Assembly (NCBI GenBank): GCA_037445915.1 | Contig: JBBIJQ010000047.1 | Coordinates: forward strand, 1 to 15,715 | DNA length: 15,715 nucleotides | Origin: Planctomycetales bacterium | GTDB lineage: Bacteria; 4484-113 | Direction of reading: 5' to 3' | Part shown: one piece after another, positions 1 through 8,479 of the stretch | How the letters are laid out: every line of letters begins with the position of its first letter | How positions within the stretch are numbered: the first letter of the stretch is position 1 | Made by a program: the position numbers and the translations under genes | Notes under the pieces: generated by a model | What the model was told of the DNA's origin: nothing | What the model saw: the letters and a program-made list of their open reading frames with translations, nothing else | The model's database searches: none

Positions 1-498
1 CTGCTTCCAGGAAAGGAACTGCGCGAGCACCTTGCTTCCGTCCAGCGGCGGGATTGGCAGCAGGTTGAACAGCATTAGCATAAAGTTGATGAGCATCCCC
101 AGGCCGAGGATGTAGGCCAACGTGCTACCCGCGGGCGCGTTAGTGATGAACATAAAGTAGAGGACGCCCATACAGAGGATGAGCAGGGAAAAGTTGGCGA
201 AGGGCCCGGCTAAGGAAGTCGTAAGCATGCCCTGGCGGTAATTGCGGAAGTAGGATGGGTTAATCGGCACAGGCTTCGCCCATCCGAAGAAAGGCACGCT
301 CGTGAAAACGATGATGATGATGAACAGCGTGCCCAGCGGGTCTAGGTGAGCGAGGGGATTCCATGTCAGCCTTCCGGCAAGGCGCGGAGTAGGGTCGCCA
401 TTGGCGTCTGCGGCTGCAGCGTGCGATAGCTCGTGCAGCACGACGCTAAACAGCAGCATTAAGAGAACGGCGATCTTAGTTGAGAAACCTTCAATCAT
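1..498 (-). CDS. Site-2 protease family (peptidase M50) intramembrane zinc metalloprotease; 3' end runs off the window
   Basis: Not in the ORF track; translated by hand from ATG 498: MIEGFSTKIAVLLMLLFSVVLHELSHAAAADANGDPTPRLAGRLTWNPLAHLDPLGT...FNLLPIPPLDGSKVL. Contains HExxH (HELSH, 421-435), GDPTP..GRLT.NPL.HLDP.GT and NLLPIPPLDG (about 37-66), all hallmark M50 motifs. Confidence 0.93.
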   Translation of the reverse strand, partial: MIEGFSTKIAVLLMLLFSVVLHELSHAAAADANGDPTPRLAGRLTWNPLAHLDPLGTLFIIIIVFTSVPFFGWAKPVPINPSYFRNYRQGMLTTSLAGPFANFSLLILCMGVLYFMFITNAPAGSTLAYILGLGMLINFMLMLFNLLPIPPLDGSKVLAQFLSWKQ

Positions 499-518
499 TT
501 GCGTCAGCCCTTGGCCCG

Positions 519-529
519 GCTATTATAGC
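519..529 (-). promoter_or_regulatory. Putative -10 element (TATAAT) for the site-2 protease gene
   Basis: Minus-strand GCTATAATAGC with TATAAT at 527-522, 23 nt upstream of ATG 498. A weak SD (AAGGG) lies between them. No convincing -35. Confidence 0.5.
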
Positions 530-592
530 TGAACATGCGCACAAGCTTGCGTGCAAGTCCGCAACGTTTGGAGGCAGTGCGACTGCAAAGCG

Positions 593-1663
593 TCACTTCC
601 CTGATGCGCCTTCGCTGCCGGGAGGAATTTCGGGCGAAGCAGGCGGGGCGGTCGGCGCTGCAGGGCTTTCAGGCGCAGAAGGCTTATCCCCGTTGGAAGC
701 GGTCGTGGGCGGAGCTTCTTCAGCCTTCACATAGTCCTTGCGCTCAACCTTTATGCCATCCACAGCAGCAGCCGAGATTTCATAAGCCTGGTTTAGCTCG
801 GAATTGCGGACGTAGCGCTTGCCATGGACGTCACTTGAGATAGTAATCACCGTCTTTCTTGAACCGATTGCCAAGCCGAATTCATATTCAGGCTGGTCAA
901 GCTTCATATCCGGCGTAACCGCATCAACGATCTGCAATCCAACCAGGCCGGTGAGCCGCGAAACAAGCGAAACGACAAGTTCTTGGTTGACCTGGCTAAC
1001 CGCGTCATCTGCGAACTTCCAGAAACCAGTCTCATCGCGCTTCAGCGTGAACGATGAGCCTTTGGCATTGATGGTGATTGTGTTGAAATCATCGCGGTTT
1101 TCGCGCAGCGGGTATTTGTCGCGCCAGAGGCGCACATCGCGGGTCCACAGCGTGGACTTGTTCTGGGCGACTTGGAATACAGCATTGATGCCGCCCTTGC
1201 GCACGTAAATGCTGTAGTAGTCAGAGCCGCTTTTTCCCATGAACATTTCAAGCAACGGCTTCTGCTCGCCTTTTTTCCCGTAGAGCCGGACGGAGACTGC
1301 ATTCACGTCGTCGACCTCGTATTCCGCGTAGCTTTTGTCCCCTTCGTCAACCAGGTTCTCTGGCGTAAGCCCGCAGAAGTAATCAAGCAATTCCTTCACA
1401 TCGTCGGGCGGCGCGGGGAAAAGTGTGTCCGGAAGCTGCACATACCAACGGCTGTCTTTGTTTTCCAGCTCCACGAGGTTTTGGCCTTTGCTGATTGCGA
1501 TATAGCCGACATCGCTGGGCTTGCCTGTAAAGAACGGGGCCAGCGTGGCTTCGCGGCGTGTTTCAATAGCTTTCTCCTGCATCTTCGCGTAAGTGAAGAA
1601 AAGCAGGAGAAGGGCGATTGCGCCTGCCATATACGAAAAGCGGATGATGTCATTCTTCTTCAT
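593..1663 (-). CDS. DUF4340-like membrane-anchored protein (356 aa), last gene of the Gld-like ABC operon
   Basis: Start moved to ATG 1663 (MKKNDIIRF), just after the upstream stop at 1668 and preceded by GAAGG. One N-terminal TM helix, two similar modules (W...A....V..LL and W...VNQELV..LV..L), GKS/Y.RK and RYVR....Y.I motifs, and a Pro/Ala-rich tail. Position directly after a GldG-family gene is typical of DUF4340. Confidence 0.75.
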   Translation of the reverse strand: MKKNDIIRFSYMAGAIALLLLFFTYAKMQEKAIETRREATLAPFFTGKPSDVGYIAISKGQNLVELENKDSRWYVQLPDTLFPAPPDDVKELLDYFCGLTPENLVDEGDKSYAEYEVDDVNAVSVRLYGKKGEQKPLLEMFMGKSGSDYYSIYVRKGGINAVFQVAQNKSTLWTRDVRLWRDKYPLRENRDDFNTITINAKGSSFTLKRDETGFWKFADDAVSQVNQELVVSLVSRLTGLVGLQIVDAVTPDMKLDQPEYEFGLAIGSRKTVITISSDVHGKRYVRNSELNQAYEISAAAVDGIKVERKDYVKAEEAPPTTASNGDKPSAPESPAAPTAPPASPEIPPGSEGASGK

Positions 1664-1667
1664 TGCC

Positions 1668-3356
1668 CTAACCTTCAGTGGCAGTTGGAGTTGTTGGGTT
1701 GGCCGGAGGCTGGTAGCGTTGCTTAACGACCTGGCGGCGTTTGATGCGCATGAAATACCTGAACAGGCCAAACAGGACTATAAGCAGCGGCAATAGGCCG
1801 GTTATGCCGTACTTGATGAGGTTCTTAACCGGTTCCGTCGGCTCAAACTTAAATGGCCGCGCGGAAATGCTGCGCGAGCGGATGCCGATGAGTTGGTTGT
1901 TGTCCAACATCCAGTCGCCCAAGTTCTCCACGAATAGGAGGTTGTCGGGAAACTGCCTGACGAAGTTGTCTTCAAGGAACGAGCCGTTGGAAACCACAAC
2001 CAAATTGCCCGGCTTTTGGCTCTCGGCGATATGCTTCGCCGGGTCAAGCTTGGCAGCGGTCAGTGCAAGGCGTTCGGGCGTCGCAGTATCCGCTGCTTTC
2101 GGCGGGCTGCTGAAAGCCGATTGGAACTCGCCGGCAAGTAAGTAACCTAGAACGAAACGGCCTTTCTTCGGCGAGTTTGTGCGCTGTGCCTGCCAGTCTT
2201 GTTGGGGATTAAGGTCAAATGGCGATTCGACCGCCCATCCTTCCTGCGTCGTAGTCACGAGAGCTGTGGGCTCGACTTTGCCGGGAAGCTCGTCAGCAAG
2301 CGCAAGGTATCCGGTCCAGGGCATTACAAGCCTATTAAGCGGTGCGGTCGGCGCAAAGCCGCTGCTAAAACCGGACGGCAGAATCTTGATCCACTGCGGG
2401 TATTGCATCTGGATTACCATTGGCCCGGCGGAGAAACGCGCCATCTCAGAGGAGCGGTCAAGGACAAGCATCTTCTTAAGTTCAAGGCCGTATTTCTGGA
2501 ACACGGTTTCAAAACCGGGAAGCGCGGGGTAGCCTTGCATCTGCTGCTGGGAAATCATCAACGCTTCCGTCGGCGCGAAGATGTTGCCTCCACGCATAAG
2601 GTATTGGTCAAGGACATACTTGGCCTCTTCAGACATTCCGAGTGGCTGGAGGAGAATGACCGCCTGCACGTCTCCGGGTATCTCCAGCTCTTCTTCAAGT
2701 TTAATGTCTTTTACTTCAAACCGCGTGCCAAGCGCTTGCTTGATGACATTGAAGCGGGATTCGTTTTGCTGCTGGGGGTTGTTGAAGTTGAAGTTGCGCG
2801 AAAAGTCAACTATGCCCAGCACTGGGGCTTTCTCCCGCGTCAGCTTGAGTATGCGCGAAGTAAGGTCGTACTCTAGGTTGTCAGGGTTTTGGACAATCGG
2901 GATTATCTCGCTCTTGTCGCGGTAAGTCAGGGCGAGCCCGAAAAAGACTTTTTTCACCTGAAGCTGGTCTTTCTGGGTAACCTGCATCTGGACTTCAGGG
3001 ATGCCGATTTCTTGCGCGCGCTGCTTAGCGTCGGGGTTATTGGTCGGGTCAATAATCTGGATGCGGAAATGGCTTCCGCCGTGCGCTTCGTACTCTGCTA
3101 GGATGTCCTTTATGCGCTCGGCAGCGGGAAGAACATCAGCGGTCAAGTCGCGCGAAAGATAGAACTTGACGTTTACAATCCCCTTAACATTGCGCAGCAC
3201 CTGCTTGGTTGCAGGCGTCAGCGTGAATACCTTGTCCTTAGTGAGGTCGGCGCGGGTATAGAAGTAGTTGGACACAAGTCCCGCGAGGACGAAGATAATG
3301 ATGACGAGGAATATCTCTAGCGAGTGTTTCTGCCAGTAGGTCTTCCGTGATTCCAT
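1668..3356 (-). CDS. GldG-family ABC transporter auxiliary protein (ABC_transp_aux / GIFT-like domain)
   Basis: N-terminal TM followed by RADLTKDKVFTLTPATK, LEYDLTSRILKL, LDQYLMRGG, N..FVENL.DW and LIGIRSR...RP, then a C-terminal TM followed by basic residues. This matches the GldG-family layout. Confidence 0.85.
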   Translation of the reverse strand: MESRKTYWQKHSLEIFLVIIIFVLAGLVSNYFYTRADLTKDKVFTLTPATKQVLRNVKGIVNVKFYLSRDLTADVLPAAERIKDILAEYEAHGGSHFRIQIIDPTNNPDAKQRAQEIGIPEVQMQVTQKDQLQVKKVFFGLALTYRDKSEIIPIVQNPDNLEYDLTSRILKLTREKAPVLGIVDFSRNFNFNNPQQQNESRFNVIKQALGTRFEVKDIKLEEELEIPGDVQAVILLQPLGMSEEAKYVLDQYLMRGGNIFAPTEALMISQQQMQGYPALPGFETVFQKYGLELKKMLVLDRSSEMARFSAGPMVIQMQYPQWIKILPSGFSSGFAPTAPLNRLVMPWTGYLALADELPGKVEPTALVTTTQEGWAVESPFDLNPQQDWQAQRTNSPKKGRFVLGYLLAGEFQSAFSSPPKAADTATPERLALTAAKLDPAKHIAESQKPGNLVVVSNGSFLEDNFVRQFPDNLLFVENLGDWMLDNNQLIGIRSRSISARPFKFEPTEPVKNLIKYGITGLLPLLIVLFGLFRYFMRIKRRQVVKQRYQPPANPTTPTATEG

Positions 3357-3357
3357 G

Positions 3358-4083
3358 TTAGCCCACCTTGCTCGCTTGGATGGATTTCACAGTCAGGTAA
3401 AGCGGCAGCGCGGTCAGTAGCAGGTAGTAGAGGATGTCGCGGCTGTCTAGCACACCGCGCGAGATGCTAAGGAAGTGGTTGGCCATGCCTAGCCACTCCG
3501 CATATGGGACCAGCACAGTTAACGGCCCCTGCAAGAACAACGTTACCAGCGGCTGGCCGACGACGGTCAGCGCGGCCACTACAAGCACGCTCAATATAAA
3601 CGCGACGATCTGGTTAGTCGTGAGCGAGCTGATGAAAGTCCCGATGGCGAGTATCGCCGCACCCATAAGCAGCGCGCCGACATAGCTTCCGGCGATGACG
3701 CCCCAATCGGGCGAGCCGATAATGCCGACGACTATCGCTAGCGGGAGCGTCAGCAGGATGGTAATGGCGTAGACGGTGAACGCCGCGAGGTACTTGCCGA
3801 GCACGACTTCAGATTCTTTGACCGGCAAGCTCATCAGAAGCTCGTTGGTTCCGGTCTTGCGCTCCTCCGCCCACAGGCGCATTGATACTGCAGGGATGAA
3901 AAAGAGGCACATCCAGGGGATCATCGCGAAGAATCCGCGCATCGTGGATATTTTCACCAGGAAGAAAGTGCGGAAGAAAAGCCAGCTCGTCACTATAAGG
4001 AAGACGACGATGAATATGTAGGCGATAGGGCTGTCAAAGTACGCCTTCAGTTCCTTGCGGTAAATAGCAGCCATTGCTTTCAT
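3358..4083 (-). CDS. ABC-2 type permease, GldF-like
   Basis: KELKAYFDSPIAY, PAVSMRLWAEERKTGTNELL, VVLGKYLA, SSLTTNQIVAF and HF.SISRGVLDSRDILYY, with about 6 TM segments. Its ATG overlaps the ATPase stop (TAATG). Confidence 0.9.
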   Translation of the reverse strand: MKAMAAIYRKELKAYFDSPIAYIFIVVFLIVTSWLFFRTFFLVKISTMRGFFAMIPWMCLFFIPAVSMRLWAEERKTGTNELLMSLPVKESEVVLGKYLAAFTVYAITILLTLPLAIVVGIIGSPDWGVIAGSYVGALLMGAAILAIGTFISSLTTNQIVAFILSVLVVAALTVVGQPLVTLFLQGPLTVLVPYAEWLGMANHFLSISRGVLDSRDILYYLLLTALPLYLTVKSIQASKVG

Positions 4084-5012
4084 TACGCCTTTCCCCCTTT
4101 CGTCAGCCGGAGGAAGACTTCCTCAAGGCTCGCTTCTTTTCGGTTCATCCGCAGCAGCTTGCAGCCTGTGTTTGCCGCGAGGTCAAACAGCTCTTCGCTG
4201 TGGTCTGCGGCAACGGAGGATGTAAGTTCCAGCAGGACGCGGTCGCCTTCCGATCTTCTGCCGGCAAGCTTGTACGTTTCCGGCAGCTCGGAGATGAATG
4301 CGTCGGCATCGCCCTTCAGTTCAAGGCTGTATGCCGACTCTCCGGTAGCCATTTCAATCAAGTCTTGCGGGCTTCCCTCTCCAACAAGCCTGCCGTCGCT
4401 GATGATGAGGATGCGGTCGCAGGTCTTGCTAGCCTCGTCAAGGATGTGGGTGGAAAAGAGGATAGACTTGGTCTTGCCCAGATCGCGCACAAGCTTGCGG
4501 ATTTCAAGAATCTGTGTGGGGTCAAGGCCGCTGGTCGGCTCGTCAAGGATGAGCACTGGCGGGTCGTGAATGAGCGCCTGGGCAAGCCCGACGCGCTGGC
4601 GGTAGCCGCGCGAAAGCTCGGAGATATCTTTATGCGCCATTGATTGAAGCGAGCACGCCTCAATCATCTCATCTATCTTTGAGGCTGCCTGCTTCGGGGG
4701 TATGCCGCGCGCCGATACGATAAAGCGCAAGAAATCGGTAACGCACATCTCTTCGTAGAGTGGCGTGGTTTCAGGCAGGTAGCCCAGCGAGCGGCGCACC
4801 TCAAGCGGGCTCTCCCAGATATCATGCCCATTAACACGGGCTGTGCCGGATTGCGGAAGGATGAGGCCGGTTATCACACGCATAGCCGTGGTCTTCCCAG
4901 CGCCGTTAGGCCCTAGAAAACCGACTACTTCTCCCGGCATTACAGTGAAGCTAACGTCGTTCACCGCTACCGTCGCTCCAAAGCGTTTTGTTAGGTGTTC
5001 AACCTCAATCAT
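4083..5012 (-). CDS. ABC transporter ATP-binding protein, GldA-like
   Basis: Walker A GPNGAGKTT, signature LSRGYRQRVGLAQAL, Walker B LILDEPTSGLDP, H-loop STH and C-terminal SLEEVFLRLT. AGGAG SD upstream. Confidence 0.95.
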   Translation of the reverse strand: MIEVEHLTKRFGATVAVNDVSFTVMPGEVVGFLGPNGAGKTTAMRVITGLILPQSGTARVNGHDIWESPLEVRRSLGYLPETTPLYEEMCVTDFLRFIVSARGIPPKQAASKIDEMIEACSLQSMAHKDISELSRGYRQRVGLAQALIHDPPVLILDEPTSGLDPTQILEIRKLVRDLGKTKSILFSTHILDEASKTCDRILIISDGRLVGEGSPQDLIEMATGESAYSLELKGDADAFISELPETYKLAGRRSEGDRVLLELTSSVAADHSEELFDLAANTGCKLLRMNRKEASLEEVFLRLTKGGKA

Positions 5013-5045
5013 AGGCGCACGCTCCTGAAAGTTATGCAGCGCAGT

Positions 5046-5073
5046 ATTTTAAGCTGCTCACAGAGATAGTCAA
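5046..5073 (-). promoter_or_regulatory. sigma70-type promoter for the ABC operon
   Basis: Minus-strand TTGACT (5073-5068), 16-nt spacer, TAAAAT (5051-5046). Confidence 0.6.
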
Positions 5074-5160
5074 CCCGTGCATTATGCCCGTTACGGGCGC
5101 TGACATTTAGATACTGACGCAGGCAGCAGTAACCTGTTCAAAACGGCCGCGCCCGCCTCG

Positions 5161-5169
5161 TGCTATAAT
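5161..5169 (+). promoter_or_regulatory. Extended -10 promoter for lemA
   Basis: TGCTATAAT matches TGnTATAAT. SD GAGGTG follows at 5191-5196. Confidence 0.6.
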
Positions 5170-5203
5170 GGGCGACGGCAAATACGCCGTGAGGTGCATG
5201 CAT

Positions 5204-5761
5204 ATGGGTGGGTTATTCCTCCTTATCATTATCGCGATTGTCGTACTCGTGCTATGGTTCATTGGCATCTACAACGGGTTTATCGTGTTGAGGAACCGGG
5301 TGCAGGGAAGCTGGGCGCAGGTTGACGTCCAGCTTAAGAAGAGGTACGACCTTGTCCCCAACCTCGTTGAGACGGTCAAGGGCTATGCCGCCCACGAAAA
5401 GGGCGTCTTTGAGAACGTGACCAAGGCGCGGGCGCAGGCGATTAACGCCCAGGGCGTTGACGACCAGGCCTCAGCGGAAAACATGCTTTCCGGCGCGCTG
5501 AAGACCCTATTCGCCGTGGCCGAGGCATACCCTGACTTGAAGGCGAACCAGAACTTCCTCGCATTGCAGGAAGAGCTTTCCTCAATTGAAAACAAGATCG
5601 CCTACGCAAGACAGCACTACAACGAAGTTGTCCTCGCCTTAAACACCAAGCGCGAACGCTTCCCCGACAACATTGTCGCCAGCATTATGGCGCTTCAAGC
5701 GGCGAAGTATTTTGAGATTGAGGAAGCAGCGAAGGAAGTGCCAAAGGTCAGCTTCAGCTAA
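5204..5761 (+). CDS. lemA: LemA family protein (185 aa)
   Basis: N-terminal TM followed by YN....RN....W..VDVQLKKRYDLVPNLVETVKGYAAHEK, AVAEAYPDLKANQNFL.LQEEL, ENKIAYARQ.YN and FP.NIVA. Start ATG 5204 was chosen from SD spacing (7 nt); the track's ATG 5168 overlaps the -10 box. Confidence 0.95.
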   Translation: MGGLFLLIIIAIVVLVLWFIGIYNGFIVLRNRVQGSWAQVDVQLKKRYDLVPNLVETVKGYAAHEKGVFENVTKARAQAINAQGVDDQASAENMLSGALKTLFAVAEAYPDLKANQNFLALQEELSSIENKIAYARQHYNEVVLALNTKRERFPDNIVASIMALQAAKYFEIEEAAKEVPKVSFS

Positions 5762-5882
5762 CCGAGGCGGTTTGGTTGGGCAAGCCGCAACCATGAGGCG
5801 TAGGGCGCGCAAGCGCGGGTCGCTTTCTGCTGGCTATCTCCGCATTAGTGCCGGCGCGGTCACTTCATAGTAGAATTACGGA

Positions 5883-7253
5883 GTGAAATATAGCCTTGTC
5901 CTACTCCCGCTGCTGCTAGCCGCAGCGATTTCCTGCGCAAGCGATACGGAAACGCGCGCTGAACGAAGCGGCGACTTGGCGGCTAAGTGGGCTTTCTTCG
6001 CGCGCCCAGAAGGGCTGACCGCTGTTAACTTGGATACAGGCGAGGTGGATGCAGGCGCACATACTAAGCCAGCCATCCCTTACATCGCCACGCCCACCGG
6101 GGAGGGAAGAAATGTTCTCTCATATGTGGATTGGGACCTTAACTGCGGGTTTAGCGTGCATGACCGCTTCGGAGTCGCGAAGGCTCGGCTGCAAGGGTAT
6201 GTGGCATACAGGCTAGGGGACAACGCGATTCTTGGAGTAATGGTCAGCGAAGTCCTGGAGAACCTGGCGGGGAGTAGCAGTGTTGCGCTGGTGAAGACGG
6301 GGTCGGCGCTAGGGGTGGAGATAATGGACAAGACAACCCCTCTCGCACCGCAAGGGATGCTGCTCAATGGCGATGCGATGGGGTTGCCATTGCTGATGAC
6401 TTACCGCCCGAGGCGGTCGCTCACAGACTTGTATTACCGCTGGCAGCGCGAAGTTAAGTTCACGGCGATTAGCAGTAGCGCCGAGAAATTGTGGTCAGTG
6501 AATGCGAGCACCGCGATGCCGGTAGCCGACATGGAGCTAATCGGCGAATGCGGTGGCGTGATGCTGCTTTACGCGCGCTATGATTACGTTCACGGCGAGT
6601 ATATCGGGCTTGATGCGGGAAGTGGAGAAGTCCTGTGGCAGCGCGCGTCCACAATCATCCCGATATCGCAAAATGAATATCCTTACGCAGATTTCGCCTA
6701 CCAAATTCAGCTGGAAATTGAGGGCGGGAGGGCTTTCTTTCCAGCATACGATTCGCGCTTCAGCGATAGGGGTAAGTGCGCGCTTGAGCTGAGCACAGGC
6801 GAAGCGCGGCTGGAAGACGATGCTGCGTGGCTGAAGCGCGCCGATGCCGCCTGGCTTGCGGGGCAGCTTCCAGCAGAAGTTACTTTGCCAAAGTCGCGGG
6901 ACATCGGCGGAGGCGAAAAGCTGAGCATTGGCGATGGAATGCTGCGGTTAACCAGTGGCGGCAAAACCGTTTGGGAACGAAAGCTGTTTCCGCATTTCGG
7001 GGCAGGCCTGGAGCTTGAGCGCGCAGGGAAGAAGCTGCTGCTGCTTGTTGAAAAGCCGGCCATTCAAAGCCGCACCGGCGCTCAAGGAATAGCGCACATC
7101 CTTGAGCGTGCAAGCGGAAACGAAACGATGCCGGAGCTTGAGCAAGGCGCGCAGTATTTTCAGCCGCTAATAATTGGCGGCAAGGTGCTGCTGCTCACGC
7201 CGGAAGGTTCGCGTCTATGCCGGATGCCCGAAGCAAGCCAGCCTGAGGCTTAG
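5883..7253 (+). CDS. Putative lipoprotein with PQQ-like (BamB-type) beta-propeller repeats
   Basis: GTG start, signal MKYSLVLLPLLLAAAISC (Cys18). Recurrent blade-like motifs: AVNLDTGEV, KLWSV, GLDAGSGEVLWQR, ALELSTGEA, GKTVWERKL and ILERASGNE. Confidence 0.65.
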   Translation: MKYSLVLLPLLLAAAISCASDTETRAERSGDLAAKWAFFARPEGLTAVNLDTGEVDAGAHTKPAIPYIATPTGEGRNVLSYVDWDLNCGFSVHDRFGVAKARLQGYVAYRLGDNAILGVMVSEVLENLAGSSSVALVKTGSALGVEIMDKTTPLAPQGMLLNGDAMGLPLLMTYRPRRSLTDLYYRWQREVKFTAISSSAEKLWSVNASTAMPVADMELIGECGGVMLLYARYDYVHGEYIGLDAGSGEVLWQRASTIIPISQNEYPYADFAYQIQLEIEGGRAFFPAYDSRFSDRGKCALELSTGEARLEDDAAWLKRADAAWLAGQLPAEVTLPKSRDIGGGEKLSIGDGMLRLTSGGKTVWERKLFPHFGAGLELERAGKKLLLLVEKPAIQSRTGAQGIAHILERASGNETMPELEQGAQYFQPLIIGGKVLLLTPEGSRLCRMPEASQPEA

Positions 7254-8359
7254 GCCAGCGGAATCCTGACTTCAATTATCTCGCCGGCAGCGTCTTTCAA
7301 CAGCCGCTGGAAAGAGCCAACAAGAACGCCGGGAAAGACCCCGCCCGGGCTGCTTGCCAGTTCCAGCTTATACGCTCCGGGAACGAGGTTCAGCGTGATA
7401 TCAGCGATGCCGTCTGCGCTGGTGCTGGCGACATTTGCCTCGCCCGCCACTGGGTGCATCGCGATAATTTCCTCGCTGGTTATACCGCTGAAAAGGCTGG
7501 CGTCACGCACAGCCGTCGCGACTTGCGTAGAGAGGTTGTAGGTTGGAGTGAGCTTAATCTTGAAGCGAAAATCCACGGGCAGGATGGTGTTGGCAAGCGG
7601 CTCAGAAGCCGTATTCAGCACGCGGACGCGGACGGGAATAGGTGTCTTGCCGGGCAGCGTTACAGTTCCACCTGCGTTCACGGAAGATGGCGCGTCAATG
7701 TAGTAATAGCCAAAGCCAAGGCTGGGGCTAAAGCCTGCGATGAGAAGCGGCGAGCCAAATACATTTTCAATGAGATATACGCCCGTGTTATTGGTGAGCA
7801 TATAGGCCGTCTTGCCTTCAGCGTTTTTCACAAGCGTGTCAGGCGTGTCCCCAAGCGACTGCGGCCTCGCCACGCAAACGAATGCCTGGGATGAAGCCGC
7901 GCCTGCACCGTCAACTACTGTGCCTGAAACGGCTACCGTAGAAACCGTGGGAACCTGTATGTCGCGGGTCTGGTTCTGGTAGAAGACGGGCCCGATATTG
8001 TCGTGGTAAACGGTCGTGTTCTGGTAGTAGACAGAAATCTCATATGCGGCTACCTGGTACCACATTATAGCGACGCTGTATTGCCCCGTGTCGTTTGTAA
8101 CAGCAGACTTTCGCTCGTCACTGGCGGGGTCGGGGCGGTTGGCGAGTATCTCCACGGTATAGCCTTTGAGCGGCTTGTTTGTACCGTCAGTTACAACGCT
8201 CGACCAAATCATTTTCTGGCTGCTGCTACCGTTGTTGAGAAGCTGTTGATAAAGGTAGTAGCCGAGTAGAAGCTCTCCGCCGCCGCCGCATGCGCTAAGC
8301 GAGAGGGCAACCGTCATAGCCGCCAGAACGAGGGCAATTCTCTTTTTTATTCGTCCCAT
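7250..8359 (-). CDS. Putative lipoprotein (369 aa) with about three carboxypeptidase-regulatory-like beta-sandwich repeats
   Basis: Start ATG 8359 with AAGGAG 6 nt upstream. Signal MGRIKKRIALVLAAMTVALSLSAC-GGGG. Repeats: VVTDGTNKPLKGYTV...VTNDTGQY, GTVVDGAGAASSQAFV...LTNNTGVY and VRVLNTASEPLAN...STSADGIA...PGAYKL. Its stop overlaps the convergent gene's stop. Confidence 0.7.
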   Translation of the reverse strand: MGRIKKRIALVLAAMTVALSLSACGGGGELLLGYYLYQQLLNNGSSSQKMIWSSVVTDGTNKPLKGYTVEILANRPDPASDERKSAVTNDTGQYSVAIMWYQVAAYEISVYYQNTTVYHDNIGPVFYQNQTRDIQVPTVSTVAVSGTVVDGAGAASSQAFVCVARPQSLGDTPDTLVKNAEGKTAYMLTNNTGVYLIENVFGSPLLIAGFSPSLGFGYYYIDAPSSVNAGGTVTLPGKTPIPVRVRVLNTASEPLANTILPVDFRFKIKLTPTYNLSTQVATAVRDASLFSGITSEEIIAMHPVAGEANVASTSADGIADITLNLVPGAYKLELASSPGGVFPGVLVGSFQRLLKDAAGEIIEVRIPLA

Positions 8360-8384
8360 CGCCAACTCCTTAAGTAGGTAGCTG

Positions 8385-8395
8385 ATTCTAACACA
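8385..8395 (-). promoter_or_regulatory. Extended -10 promoter for the 369-aa lipoprotein gene
   Basis: Minus-strand TGTG-T-TAGAAT (TRTGn plus -10), upstream of the AAGGAG SD. Confidence 0.55.
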
Positions 8396-8462
8396 CCGCA
8401 GCATCCGCGCGCTGGCGCAGTCCGACAACTGCATTTTGGGCGTAGCGGGGGGATAGGGTTAG

Positions 8463-8471
8463 TGCTATAAT
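8463..8471 (+). promoter_or_regulatory. Extended -10 promoter for the fumarase-beta/sdh cluster
   Basis: TGCTATAAT at 8463-8471, with 8 nt between it and ATG 8480. Confidence 0.65.
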
Positions 8472-8479
8472 CCCCCGTC

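Noticed and set aside
1664-1771. N-terminal extension of the DUF4340-like ORF
   Set aside because: Overlaps the GldG-like 3' end. ATG 1663 gives a normal basic-then-TM N-terminus.
593-5012. Calling the ABC operon a gliding-motility system
   Set aside because: No gldK/L/M/N or spr genes are in the window, and GldAFG-like operons are widespread in non-gliding bacteria.
480-5028. Many plus-strand ORFs (for example 2199-2876, 1172-1726, 4074-4643)
   Set aside because: Antisense to the well-supported ABC operon and lacking motifs.
5762-5870. Possible ncRNA or terminator after lemA
   Set aside because: Only short imperfect GC stems, with no U-tract and no RNA family signature I recognise.
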